Source: Thermoplasmatota archaeon
GTDB lineage: Archaea; Thermoplasmatota; Penumbrarchaeia; Penumbrarchaeales; Penumbrarchaeaceae
Length of the DNA stretch: 36,254 nt
Assembly: GCA_029762535.1 (NCBI GenBank)
Contig: JARVGK010000031.1
Location: 1-36,254 of the forward strand
Reading direction: 5' to 3'
How positions within the stretch are numbered: position 1 is the stretch's first letter; the number at the start of each line of letters is the position of its first letter. Under the pieces are notes generated by a model. That model searched no databases. It was not told where the DNA came from and worked only from the letters and a program-made list of their open reading frames with translations. The translations under genes and the position numbers were made by a program. Positions 1 through 9,285 of this stretch are shown in pieces.

Positions 1-2
1 AG

Positions 3-3000
3 GGATCCCTCCGGGGAGGGGGGCGGGCGATCTCCGGATTGTTCATAAACAGATCCCGTGATGAGAACATCGGGTTGTTCGGTTATTTGGACATTGGCAG
101 CTCTGTCATAGGCGTCCATCTCGTGGAAGTGAATATCACTGGCATGGAGAAAGTGGGAGGGATCTCCGGTTTTAATAGAGGGAGGCTGATCGACTGCTCG
201 ATATCCGGTGAGATCAGCGGATATTTGGATACGGGCGGGGTCGTGGGTAGGAATTGGTATGGATACGTTTCAGATTGCCGTGCCGATTTGGCCATTACCG
301 CGAACTATCAGATCGGCGGCATTGCCGGTTACAATGATTTCAATAGCATTCTTACGAACTGTTCGGCCAACGCAGAGATCTGGGGAAATTCCCGCATAGG
401 CGGGATCGTCGGTTACAACAAGAACACGGTATACAATTGCACATTCTCAGGATTCATCCAGGGGAATTCGAATATAGGCGGTATTACCGGATACAATCAC
501 CTCGACGGCAATGTCTCCAACGTATCTGCGAATGTGAAGATCATGGGCGGATCGGACATTGGAGGTATTGTCGGGGAAAATCTCGGATCGGTTGCGGATG
601 GGTTCGCTTCTGGCAATGCGACCGGTCAATATCGTTTGGGCGGCGCTGTCGGAATCAGTTACGGAACGGTTCGCGATTGCAGCACCGTCTTCGATTGCAA
701 TGGGTCCTTTTTTATCGGCGGTTTGATCGGATTTTCGACCGGACCTGTTTCACGCTGCCATGCCGCGGGAAATGTGATAGGAGAGAGGAATGTCGGGGGA
801 CTGGTCGGTGGAAATTCCGATTTGATCTCGGAATGCATGTCTGTAGGTAACGTGATCGGTCTCGTAGATGCCGGTGGATCAGTGGGACATAACACTGGTT
901 CGATGGTGAGTTGCCATTCGACCGGAAACGTCAATGGCCTTATAAATTTGGGTGGTCTTGTCGGATCCGGTTGGGGCGATATCGATAATTCCCATTACAA
1001 TATCGACACCGTAAAAATAAATGGCGCTCATCGTATAACGAGAGGTGGAATATTCGAGGATCAGTACCGTGATTGGTTCGAAAACGGCAAGGTACTGGAT
1101 ATAACGAATTACGATTCGACCCTTGTCCTCAATGATATTTATTATGAGATAAGCTCTATGGCCGGGATGAGGGATCTTCTGGGCTTTTGTGAGGTGGAGG
1201 AGTTCAGATTCGCCCTGATCTCCGATCTGGATATGTCCGATGAAGTGGGATTCCATATTCCTTACTTTGCTTGTTCGGAGTTCAACGGCAACGGTTTCTC
1301 GATCAGGAACTTCTCCTTGGATGATCTGAACGAAAACCTGGGTCTCTTCGATCAGGTCGATGCCAATGCCCGGATAAGCGATCTTAACATGATCGACTTC
1401 AGGATAAATGGGCCCTCTTTCGTAGGATCGATCGCGGGGACCAACAGAGGCATCATCAGTGATTGTTATGTGACAGGGAACGTATCTGGCGATCATTATA
1501 TTGGAGGCCTCGCTGGATTCAACGAGGGAGGGATCAAGAACTGCACGATAGGATCATATGTAAAGGGCGATAGAGGTCTTGGAGGGCTTGTGGGATACAA
1601 CATAGGGGAGATATTCAACTGTAAAGTGATAGGATATGTGAACGGCAATGACTTTATTGGAGGTCTATCCGGATCGAACTTCGGAAACGTTTCCAACTCG
1701 ACCGCAGAGGGGATCGTTCAGGGTAAGGACATGGTAGGCGGCCTCTTAGGTAGCAATCACATTGGTACGGTTACGGGATGCGGATCCGGTTCGAATGTGA
1801 GCGGTTCGAACTACTGCGGAGGGCTTGTTGGAGCGAATGTGGAAGGGACATTGGCCCACTCATATTCGAAAGGCAATGTCAACGGTATTTCTGGATCCGG
1901 CGGGCTGGTAGGTTGGAATACAGGCAACATATTCATCTGCCGCGCTACAGGTAAGGTCAACTGTGATGATCCGAGCGTAGGCGGACTCGTAGGGATCAAT
2001 GAAAGGGACGGGTCGGTAACGAACAGCTATGCGTGGGGGGACGTCATCGGCGGAAGGGGTGTCGGGGGGCTGATCGGGTCTAACTATGGGGAAGTATCGT
2101 TCTGTTATTCAGCCGGGCAGGTCTCAGGTGGGGAGGAAATAGGCGGACTAATCGGGTCCTATCATGGGACCGTATCCGATTCCTTCTACGACAACCATAC
2201 CTCCGGTATGAACGCCAGCTCCGGCGGGGTAGGTAAGAACACCTCGGACATGAAAAGAAGAGAGACTTTCGCCGATGCCGGTTGGGATCTCATCAACGTT
2301 TGGTCCATCATCGAACACGTCACCTACCCCTTTTTCAAAGAGGAAGTGGTTGAAAAGCCCGTTGCCGATGCCGGTCCGGACCTTGTTGTGGATCAGGGCA
2401 CATTGGTAACTTTCGATGGCAGCGATAGTTACGATCCGTTCGGGATCGTCAATTACACATGGACCTTTTTCGATGGATCGCCTGTTGTCCTATACGGGAT
2501 GCGATCTGCATACAGGTTCGACGATGCAGGTGTTTTTATTATCAATCTTTACGTTAAGAACGCCTACGGGATCCATGATGAGGATCAAATAACCGTGACA
2601 GTGAGGGACATCACCGCCCCTATCGCGTATGCAGGCCCCGATCAGATAGTCGATGAGGGATCGCTCGTGGCCTTTGACGGGAGCGAATCCCTTGATAACG
2701 TCGGTATGCTGAACTATTTCTGGACGTTTTATGACGGAGGAACGATCGAACTAAACGGAGTGGCACCCTCTTATCTTTTCGACAATCCAGGCATGTTCAT
2801 GGTGACGCTGAACGTCACCGATGGATCTGGGAACTGGGCAACGGACTCTATGACCGTGACGGTGAGAGATATCACCGCTCCCGTGGCAGTTGCAGGATCC
2901 AATCTCACCGTCGATGAAGGGACCGTTGTCTATTTCGACGGGAGCGGCAGTTACGACAACGTCGGGATCGCGAACTACACATGGACGTTCATCGACGGGG

Positions 3001-3779
3001 ATCCCATCGTTCTCTACGGGGTGGATCCCGGCTATCAGTTCGACAACTGGGGGATCTACGTAGTCACGTTGAAGGTGACAGATGCAGCGGGGAACTGGGC
3101 GTTCTCATCGATGACCGTTACCGTGAACGATATCACTCCTCCTATTGCAGTTGCGGGGCCCGATCAGAGGGTGGCGGTGGGGTCCACCGTTGTTCTCAAC
3201 GGATCGTTATCAACCGATAACGGAATAATATCGAGGTATATCTGGACCTTCACGGTGAACGGCGTGGGCGTCTTTCTTGAGGGCGTGGGATCCTCATTCA
3301 AGTTCGACGAGGGTGGAGTGTACGTCATCACCCTGAAAGTGATCGACGAGAGAGGGAATGTCGGAGAGGATCAGGTGACGATAACGGTCATCGACACCGG
3401 GATCGTCAAGGGAGCTGTGAGGGATGAGGAAGGGAACGAGGTCGAAGGCGCCCTGGTATCGATCACCGCCTCGAACGGTCGGGAGTTCACCTTCACTACC
3501 GGTGAGAACGGGTCCATCTTGTTATTGATCCCCCATGGTGAGTTCGAGTGGAGGATCTCCAAAACCGGTTATGTCCCGATCTCCGGGACATCGAGGGTGG
3601 ATCCAATGGGAGAAGTGGAACTGGATCTATCCGCTTCTCCGCTTGTAAAGGAAAAGGGATCCTCTCCGTCGATCGTTCCCTACCTGATCCTGGCTGCTAT
3701 CCTGATCGTCCTCATAGCCGGGATACTCTATGTGATCACAAGGGGGAGGTCCGTTCCGGGATCCTCAAATGAAGAATGA
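3..3779 (+). CDS. Cell-surface GLUG-motif beta-helix protein with 4 PKD domains, a carboxypeptidase-regulatory-like domain and a C-terminal membrane anchor (5' truncated by window edge)
   Basis: Frame is open from position 3 (GSLRGGGRAISGLFINR), so the listed TTG at 39 is not the true start. Many [IV]GG[LI][VAI]GxN repeats, four PxAxAGxD...Y.W.F PKD units, and a hydrophobic C-terminal segment (IVPYLILAAILIVLIAGILYVI) followed by TRGR. Confidence 0.85.
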   Translation, partial: GSLRGGGRAISGLFINRSRDENIGLFGYLDIGSSVIGVHLVEVNITGMEKVGGISGFNRGRLIDCSISGEISGYLDTGGVVGRNWYGYVSDCRADLAITANYQIGGIAGYNDFNSILTNCSANAEIWGNSRIGGIVGYNKNTVYNCTFSGFIQGNSNIGGITGYNHLDGNVSNVSANVKIMGGSDIGGIVGENLGSVADGFASGNATGQYRLGGAVGISYGTVRDCSTVFDCNGSFFIGGLIGFSTGPVSRCHAAGNVIGERNVGGLVGGNSDLISECMSVGNVIGLVDAGGSVGHNTGSMVSCHSTGNVNGLINLGGLVGSGWGDIDNSHYNIDTVKINGAHRITRGGIFEDQYRDWFENGKVLDITNYDSTLVLNDIYYEISSMAGMRDLLGFCEVEEFRFALISDLDMSDEVGFHIPYFACSEFNGNGFSIRNFSLDDLNENLGLFDQVDANARISDLNMIDFRINGPSFVGSIAGTNRGIISDCYVTGNVSGDHYIGGLAGFNEGGIKNCTIGSYVKGDRGLGGLVGYNIGEIFNCKVIGYVNGNDFIGGLSGSNFGNVSNSTAEGIVQGKDMVGGLLGSNHIGTVTGCGSGSNVSGSNYCGGLVGANVEGTLAHSYSKGNVNGISGSGGLVGWNTGNIFICRATGKVNCDDPSVGGLVGINERDGSVTNSYAWGDVIGGRGVGGLIGSNYGEVSFCYSAGQVSGGEEIGGLIGSYHGTVSDSFYDNHTSGMNASSGGVGKNTSDMKRRETFADAGWDLINVWSIIEHVTYPFFKEEVVEKPVADAGPDLVVDQGTLVTFDGSDSYDPFGIVNYTWTFFDGSPVVLYGMRSAYRFDDAGVFIINLYVKNAYGIHDEDQITVTVRDITAPIAYAGPDQIVDEGSLVAFDGSESLDNVGMLNYFWTFYDGGTIELNGVAPSYLFDNPGMFMVTLNVTDGSGNWATDSMTVTVRDITAPVAVAGSNLTVDEGTVVYFDGSGSYDNVGIANYTWTFIDGDPIVLYGVDPGYQFDNWGIYVVTLKVTDAAGNWAFSSMTVTVNDITPPIAVAGPDQRVAVGSTVVLNGSLSTDNGIISRYIWTFTVNGVGVFLEGVGSSFKFDEGGVYVITLKVIDERGNVGEDQVTITVIDTGIVKGAVRDEEGNEVEGALVSITASNGREFTFTTGENGSILLLIPHGEFEWRISKTGYVPISGTSRVDPMGEVELDLSASPLVKEKGSSPSIVPYLILAAILIVLIAGILYVITRGRSVPGSSNEE
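2358..3401 (+). repeat. Four tandem 261-bp (87-aa) PKD-domain repeats
   Basis: Units start at 2358, 2619, 2880 and 3141 (PVADAGPD, PIAYAGPD, PVAVAGSN, PIAVAGPD), spaced exactly 261 bp apart. Confidence 0.85.
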
Positions 3780-3861
3780 AAAGAACGTACCCCTCATTGA
3801 AATGCGAAAGCCACGAGTATGGAGCAGAAAGAAAGTATATCCTATCCCGTCGGAACGATCC

Positions 3862-5190
3862 TCACGGTAATTTATACCGAGTTCCTCTTCCCCTTCCAAT
3901 TTTATTGATCTTCCCCTTTTCAAGCATTGTCTTTAGATTCCTGTTTACGGTATCCCTCCCCACTCCGAGATAACCGGCCATTTCTCCTGATGAAGCAGAA
4001 CCATTTTTCTGGATAAGGGCCATTATCCTTCCTTCATGGTTCTTGTTCTCACCGAGGGAGAATATGACCTTGGTCTCGAACTCTCTTATATGGAACCGAG
4101 GTGGCGATATCCCAAGGTCCAGACAGGATGTGATCATTCTCCTGATCCCGGACCCGTACCGTTCAACATATCCCAGGTCATAGAAGTACTGCGATAGTAT
4201 CGGGTTCCTTGGTTTATGGATCGGGTTTTCCGGATCGACTCCTGGAGGAAATCCCCCTGCATTGATGATCTCTATCCGGTCAGGAAAGATGAACACCCTT
4301 GTATCGGCCATATCCAGATAGTTACGGTGACTGATCGCGTTGATCAAAGCTTCCCTGATGGCTATCAAAGGGTAAGCCCTCTTTGTAGCCCTTGACATCG
4401 AACCGTTCTGCAACGTGCTTGTCAGAGGTATGTAGCGGTCGATGAAAGGCACGACATCCTCTATGATCATGTTAAGGGGACCTTTGAAGATCCTGGTATC
4501 CAGGGATTCCAACATATCATTGTCCCTGAACACGACGACCCGGACAGAACTTTGAACGAATATCCTTTGAGGGTCCTTGAAGAAGAACAGTATCCCGGCG
4601 TTTGTCGGACAGATGTGTGAATTGACCCTGTTCGCGGCCCCGATCATGAGCAATGTGTCATCGATGCTCGCATCAGGTATCGAAACGTTCCTGGACTCAT
4701 TCCTCTTGGAGAAGAACCTTTTTACGAGACCCGGATCGAAATCGTTCATGGAAGCGTATGGGTTGGTCATCTGATCGAACCTGAGGAGGAGGCTCTCCGA
4801 TGCTTTCTCGACCAGCTCCTCAATGGATAATGGCTTACACATCGTTCCTATTCGCATGTATGCAACATTCCTGTATGTATGAAGATGCGAACTCTTATCG
4901 ACATGCAGAAGGCCGATCCTCCTACCCTCAAATTGAAGATCCTCCCAGTGCAGTCGCTTGAATGGTGGAGGTTCTATGGATTGAGCTATCTTGTCGTATT
5001 CGGTAGCTCCTTCCATACCCACGATCGCTCCGTCGTTATCCAAGCCAAATATCATGATGCCTCCAACTGTATTCAGAAAGGCTACCACGTTTCTTGCGCA
5101 ATCCGGGGACAATCTCCTTTTGAACTCAACGGTATCGCTCTCGCCCTTCCTTATAAGATCAAGGACTTCGATCAATTTCATGTCAACCAT
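3862..5190 (-). CDS. Schlafen/AlbA_2 + RecG-C-like HATPase_c_4 + winged-HTH protein
   Basis: N-terminal GESDTVEFK...VAFLNTVGGIMIFGLDNDG (AlbA_2), central REALINAISHRNY...DRIEIINAGG...RNPILSQYF...VERYGSGI, and a C-terminal HTH (SSGEMAGYLGVGRDTVNRNLKTM...IGRGRGTRY). The likely start is ATG 5190 or 5181 rather than 5247. Confidence 0.85.
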   Translation of the reverse strand: MVDMKLIEVLDLIRKGESDTVEFKRRLSPDCARNVVAFLNTVGGIMIFGLDNDGAIVGMEGATEYDKIAQSIEPPPFKRLHWEDLQFEGRRIGLLHVDKSSHLHTYRNVAYMRIGTMCKPLSIEELVEKASESLLLRFDQMTNPYASMNDFDPGLVKRFFSKRNESRNVSIPDASIDDTLLMIGAANRVNSHICPTNAGILFFFKDPQRIFVQSSVRVVVFRDNDMLESLDTRIFKGPLNMIIEDVVPFIDRYIPLTSTLQNGSMSRATKRAYPLIAIREALINAISHRNYLDMADTRVFIFPDRIEIINAGGFPPGVDPENPIHKPRNPILSQYFYDLGYVERYGSGIRRMITSCLDLGISPPRFHIREFETKVIFSLGENKNHEGRIMALIQKNGSASSGEMAGYLGVGRDTVNRNLKTMLEKGKINKIGRGRGTRYKLP

Positions 5191-5224
5191 AATGGGCCCA
5201 TTTAGTAAATATACCTGCCGATTG

Positions 5225-5298
5225 ATCAGACGTATTTTGCGTCGCAAAATAATCTATATCAGCAATATTATCAGACGTAAAATGCGACGCAAATATTA
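5225..5298. promoter_or_regulatory. Two imperfect direct repeats containing TGCG(T/A)CGCA palindromes; putative operators in a divergent promoter region
   Basis: ATCAGACGTATTTTGCGTCGCAAAATAAT (5225-5253) and ATCAGACGTAAAATGCGACGCAAATATTA (5270-5298). The first contains a 19-bp palindrome, TATTTTGCG-T-CGCAAAATA. Confidence 0.5.
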
Positions 5299-5361
5299 TT
5301 TCCATCAGGCGATTTGGCCCGGACCGAAAAAAGGAAATCCTCCGGGATCGGTCATCGTGGC

Positions 5362-5970
5362 ATGGCAGTGGATCAGCTCAGGACAGGATCCGACAACTTC
5401 GCTTACATTATACACGACGAGGCGGCCAGAAAGGCCGCCGTCGTGGATCCCGGATCCGGCATCCGGGACATCGCCGGATCGATCCGATCCCTGAGGCTCG
5501 ATCTTGAGCTCATCATCTGCACCCATCATCACGGCGATCACACTGCAGGGGCGGTCGAATTCAAGAGGATGCTCGGGGGAAGGATCGCCGCCCATGCCCT
5601 TGACGCCCCGTTGATCCCAGGAGTCGATCTCAAGCTCGAGGACGGGGACGTCCTCAAGGCGGGATCCATCGCGATCGAGGTGATACATACCCCCGGGCAC
5701 ACCCCCGGAGGGATCTGCCTCCTCGTGGAGAGCAGATTCCTTCTCACGGGAGACACCCTTTTCATCGGTGAGTGCGGAAGATGCGATCTCCCGGGGGGAA
5801 GCCTCGAGCAGATGTTCCATTCCCTGAAAAGGCTTGGATCCCTTCCTGACGATCTCATCGTCTATCCGGGGCATGACTACGGACCAAGACCTTCGGACAC
5901 GCTAATGAACCAGAAGAGGACCAATTACACCATGAGGGCGAGATCCATAGAAGAGTTCTCGGGGCTATGA
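5362..5970 (+). CDS. MBL-fold metallo-hydrolase (glyoxalase II-like)
   Basis: Motifs THHHGDH, HTPGHTPG, TGDTLF and PGHDYG. Likely start is ATG 5362 (MAVDQLRTG). Confidence 0.9.
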   Translation: MAVDQLRTGSDNFAYIIHDEAARKAAVVDPGSGIRDIAGSIRSLRLDLELIICTHHHGDHTAGAVEFKRMLGGRIAAHALDAPLIPGVDLKLEDGDVLKAGSIAIEVIHTPGHTPGGICLLVESRFLLTGDTLFIGECGRCDLPGGSLEQMFHSLKRLGSLPDDLIVYPGHDYGPRPSDTLMNQKRTNYTMRARSIEEFSGL

Positions 5971-6327
5971 ACCCTCCCCTTCCAGCCCCTCCCTGATACT
6001 TCGAGGCAGACCTTTCACCACAAGGTCGTATGAATGATCTATGAGAAAGACTATCGTATCGCTTGAAAGGGTCCCGTCCAATATCACCGTGTTCCAGTGT
6101 ACCTTGTTCATGTGATAGCCGGGAACTATGCAGGTGTATTCCTTCCTCAGTTCCTCGGCGAGGGCGGGATCGCATTTCAGGTTGATCCTGGGCGGATCGG
6201 AGTTGATATCGGTCAGGAAGAACATCCTTCCTCCGACCTTCATAACGAGGGTCTCCAGGTCGAAGGGGAAATCCTTCTGCGCTCCCTTCTTGCTTTCGCA
6301 GTATGCCAGGATCTCTTCTAAGTCCGT
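5965..6327 (-). CDS. MmcQ/YjbR family DNA-binding protein (apparent ACG start)
   Basis: Motifs DLEEILAYCESKKGAQKDFPF, KVGGRMF, NLKCDP, PGYHMNKVHWNTV and LIDHSYDLVV. Family-like sequence extends 28 codons upstream of the listed ATG to an ACG preceded by AGGAGG. Confidence 0.8.
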   Translation of the reverse strand, partial: TDLEEILAYCESKKGAQKDFPFDLETLVMKVGGRMFFLTDINSDPPRINLKCDPALAEELRKEYTCIVPGYHMNKVHWNTVILDGTLSSDTIVFLIDHSYDLVVKGLPRSIREGLEGEGS

Positions 6328-7076
6328 GGACCTACCCTCCTTCTGATCTCATCGGCCACTTCCAGGACCCTTGGCGGATCGCCAGTGACCCTGATTATGA
6401 CCTTCAGAGGGCCCTGGGGGTAGGATCCAATGTCCACATCGGGATCCCTTCCCTGCATCTCCTCGAGGAATGTGGCTATCTGGCTCTCCCTGCCGCTGTA
6501 GATGACCTCCTCGCTCACGACGTTCGTATGCCCGGGAAGCATCTGCAGGAACAGCGGGTGGTCCAGCAATGCCTTGTATTCTCTCGGGACCCCCGGGAAG
6601 ATGGCGACGAGAGTCCTCCCCACGAGGCCCATCTGCCCCTCCACCGCCCCGGCGGGGTTCTCGAGCGTCCTGAAGCCGTCGACGACCTGTGACATCTTTC
6701 TCAGTCCCTTCGCCGTCCCTTCGGGAATCTGCTCCCTGGGATTTCTGGTCATCCACTTCTCGAGGAGCCTCAATTGGGTGGCCTCGGAGATCTCCGCGCC
6801 CCTTCCCAGGGCGCGGGCGACGCTCTCAACGGTTATGTCATCGTGCGTCGGGCCCATTCCCCCACTGATCAGCACCAGGTCGTACTCCTTGTCGAGCAGG
6901 GTCCTCAGCCCTTCGGAGATAGCATCGGGATCGTCCGGGACGATGAACCACCTCTCCAGCCTTATCCCCCTTTCGAGAAGCCTCCGGATCAGGTGAAGGG
7001 TGTTGGTATCCTGGGTCCGACCGAGGAGGATCTCGGATCCCACCACAAGTACCGCTCCCGTATGGGGATGGATCAT
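6318..7076 (-). CDS. CinA-like molybdopterin-binding (MoCF_biosynth) domain protein, putative ADP-ribose/FAD pyrophosphatase
   Basis: Motifs VGSEILLGRTQDTN, SGGMGPTHDDIT, NPAGAVEG, FPGVPRE and IGSYP. No C-terminal NMN deamidase domain. Confidence 0.85.
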   Translation of the reverse strand: MIHPHTGAVLVVGSEILLGRTQDTNTLHLIRRLLERGIRLERWFIVPDDPDAISEGLRTLLDKEYDLVLISGGMGPTHDDITVESVARALGRGAEISEATQLRLLEKWMTRNPREQIPEGTAKGLRKMSQVVDGFRTLENPAGAVEGQMGLVGRTLVAIFPGVPREYKALLDHPLFLQMLPGHTNVVSEEVIYSGRESQIATFLEEMQGRDPDVDIGSYPQGPLKVIIRVTGDPPRVLEVADEIRRRVGPRT

Positions 7077-9160
7077 TCGGCAACCATCCTGGACATGTCC
7101 ATGTCCCCTGGGGGAAGGACGGAGAGCACCTGCTCGATCTCCGCGCCCAATTCCCTTGAGATCACCTTGGCCACGTCGTCCTTGGAGGACCTACCTGGTA
7201 TTATCCTGTATAGGGTACCCCTGCATCTGGCCTTGACAGCGGATATCGGGCCGAACATCACTTTTGGGACGCCCTCGATATACAACAGGCTTGCAGCTCC
7301 TTCCATGGGGAGCTTGAGCGCCATGTTCTTCTTTCCCCTTATCATGAAGGACCCTTTTGGCAGGAACTCGCCCGCCTGAGGCGTCCTAGATACCTGCTCC
7401 GGCATCACCCAGTAGGCACTCTCGTAGCCCACCTTCGAGGTCCATGCCTTCGAGTTCAGAATGGACAGATGGCACGCCTCTATGAACGTCTCCTCGGTAG
7501 GCTCGTCGCCCTTCTCGATCCTGACGATGACAGAAGGGGACCCCTTGACATCGGCGTGGGCGTATCTGTCCCCCTCCCTGAGGTATTTCTTGACCAGCCT
7601 CTCGTTGGACCTGGCATCTCTTCCGCCGATCATAAGAACGCCCTCGGATGAGAAGCACCATCTGAAATCCTCGAACCAGAACCTTCTTAGTACGGCCCTG
7701 GGACGGGGCTCGACCTTTTTCTTCTTGAGTGCCTCCAGTTTCCTTCGCGCGTCCTCGATGCCCTTCTCGATGCCCGGGATCTTCCCCTTTGCCCTCTTTG
7801 AAAGCTCGTAGTAGGTCTCGGCGTTCCGGTTGATATCGAGCGACAGGTCCAGATTCACCTCTTCTTTGCCAGAGGGTGTATCGATGGCCACGACGATGTG
7901 TCCGGGACCGCCCTTCTCGCCGTGAACGTACCGTATCGTGTCCGGATAGGTGCTGCGATCATCGAGGTATCTGTCCCTGTCGAATGAGCTGAGCAGTTCC
8001 TCGAGCCTGGTGTATTCGAGATATATGGAATCCGCTATGGCATGGTATCTTTCCGCCTCATCCAGCCTCTGCTTCAGGGCCCTGGTCTGGGTATCGATGA
8101 TCCTTCCGATCCTCTCTCCCTCCCTTTGCAGGCCCGCCTCCTCCTTGGGGAGGGGGATCGACCTCTCGTAGAGGTTCTCCTGCAAAGCCATGCTTATCAG
8201 GGGGTAGTATTCGACCCCCTTCCCTCCCTGCTCCCTCATGCCGCCGTAGCGTTCAAGGATGGAGGATGGATCGTTCGAAGAGAACACATGCCTCAGCAGG
8301 ACCGGCTCGAGGAGGGTCGGCTCCCCGTCGACATGATATAGATAGCAGCCCGAGGGCCCCTCCAGCTCAGAAAGTATCTCCTTGATCACTTCGACGATCC
8401 TCGCCATTGACGAATCATCGATATCCTCGAGAGGCGTGTTCTTGTCCAGCCCTGCCCTGAAGCATACCTCCTCGGAATAGACCGGAGGGAGCGAGGCCTT
8501 TTTTATCAGCGTCCTGACCAGGTCCCCGCTGCCCGTAAGGACCTCAGACATCCTTCCGACATCTATGTCCACCGGGTCCGTGGAGGCGGGGGGCAGCTCG
8601 AACCTCTCACCCCTCTTCACGGTCCTCGATGACCATGTCCGGGAAGTGAAAGGGGCCTCTATCGTATCGCCCTTGACCAACACGACGTTCCCGTCGCCGA
8701 AGAGCTCGACATACAGTCGGTAAGGCTCCTCCTCCGCAGGGTAGCGCCCGAATTCCAGGAACAGTATCCTGTCCATTCCGACCTGTTCTATTCTGTCGAG
8801 GACCCTGTTCCTGAGGGCCTTGCGAAGGGTCATGGCATAGCCGGAGGCCTCCCTAGGCATCTCCTGCAGCTGTTTTGCCGTCATGAAGACGTATTCGCCT
8901 ATCTTGATGACGAGGTCTATCTTTATGTAATTCCCCTTTTCAATGCCGAGCGATATCCCGATGTCCTCATCATCTACCTTTTCACCCTCGAAAAAGACGC
9001 TCATCTCATCGTTCGTAAGATTGGTCCTGGGGACGGCGAACCTGAGGATCAGCTTATCGTAATCGATCTGATACGCCTTGTGGAACCTGCCTCCGCGCAG
9101 GACCTCCGACTCTTTGACCAGCCTTCTTATGGCGAACGAGGTCATGGCGCTCTTGAGCAT
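7073..9160 (-). CDS. rqcH: NFACT / ribosome quality control protein RqcH (archaeal Rqc2 homologue)
   Basis: LRKALRN...EQVGMDRIL, ELFGDGNVVL, a coiled coil, NAETYYELSKRAK, and NFACT-R motifs WFEDFRW...GGRDARSNE...HADVKGSP...GEFLPKGSFMIRGKKN. Likely start is ATG 9160 after AGGTGA. Confidence 0.9.
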   Translation of the reverse strand: MLKSAMTSFAIRRLVKESEVLRGGRFHKAYQIDYDKLILRFAVPRTNLTNDEMSVFFEGEKVDDEDIGISLGIEKGNYIKIDLVIKIGEYVFMTAKQLQEMPREASGYAMTLRKALRNRVLDRIEQVGMDRILFLEFGRYPAEEEPYRLYVELFGDGNVVLVKGDTIEAPFTSRTWSSRTVKRGERFELPPASTDPVDIDVGRMSEVLTGSGDLVRTLIKKASLPPVYSEEVCFRAGLDKNTPLEDIDDSSMARIVEVIKEILSELEGPSGCYLYHVDGEPTLLEPVLLRHVFSSNDPSSILERYGGMREQGGKGVEYYPLISMALQENLYERSIPLPKEEAGLQREGERIGRIIDTQTRALKQRLDEAERYHAIADSIYLEYTRLEELLSSFDRDRYLDDRSTYPDTIRYVHGEKGGPGHIVVAIDTPSGKEEVNLDLSLDINRNAETYYELSKRAKGKIPGIEKGIEDARRKLEALKKKKVEPRPRAVLRRFWFEDFRWCFSSEGVLMIGGRDARSNERLVKKYLREGDRYAHADVKGSPSVIVRIEKGDEPTEETFIEACHLSILNSKAWTSKVGYESAYWVMPEQVSRTPQAGEFLPKGSFMIRGKKNMALKLPMEGAASLLYIEGVPKVMFGPISAVKARCRGTLYRIIPGRSSKDDVAKVISRELGAEIEQVLSVLPPGDMDMSRMVAE

Positions 9161-9223
9161 AATGATATCACCTAAGAGGATCGGGGCCGAAAGAAATCGA
9201 CCTGCGATCACTTGGGAGAGGAC

Positions 9224-9241
9224 AATATATAATATACTTAT
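9224..9241. promoter_or_regulatory. AT-rich TATA-like element between divergent rqcH and the 669-aa gene
   Basis: AATATATAATATACTTAT in a GC-rich background between divergent starts. Confidence 0.45.
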
Positions 9242-9285
9242 CGATAGATTAACCCCCCAAGGTAAAATGGGGCCGTAGCCTGTTC

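Noticed and set aside
3776-3973. 65-aa hydrophobic ORF after the surface protein
   Set aside because: Mostly antisense to the HTH end of the AlbA_2 gene, with no independent support.
5225-5298. Mini CRISPR array
   Set aside because: Only two imperfect copies with a 16-bp gap and no cas genes.
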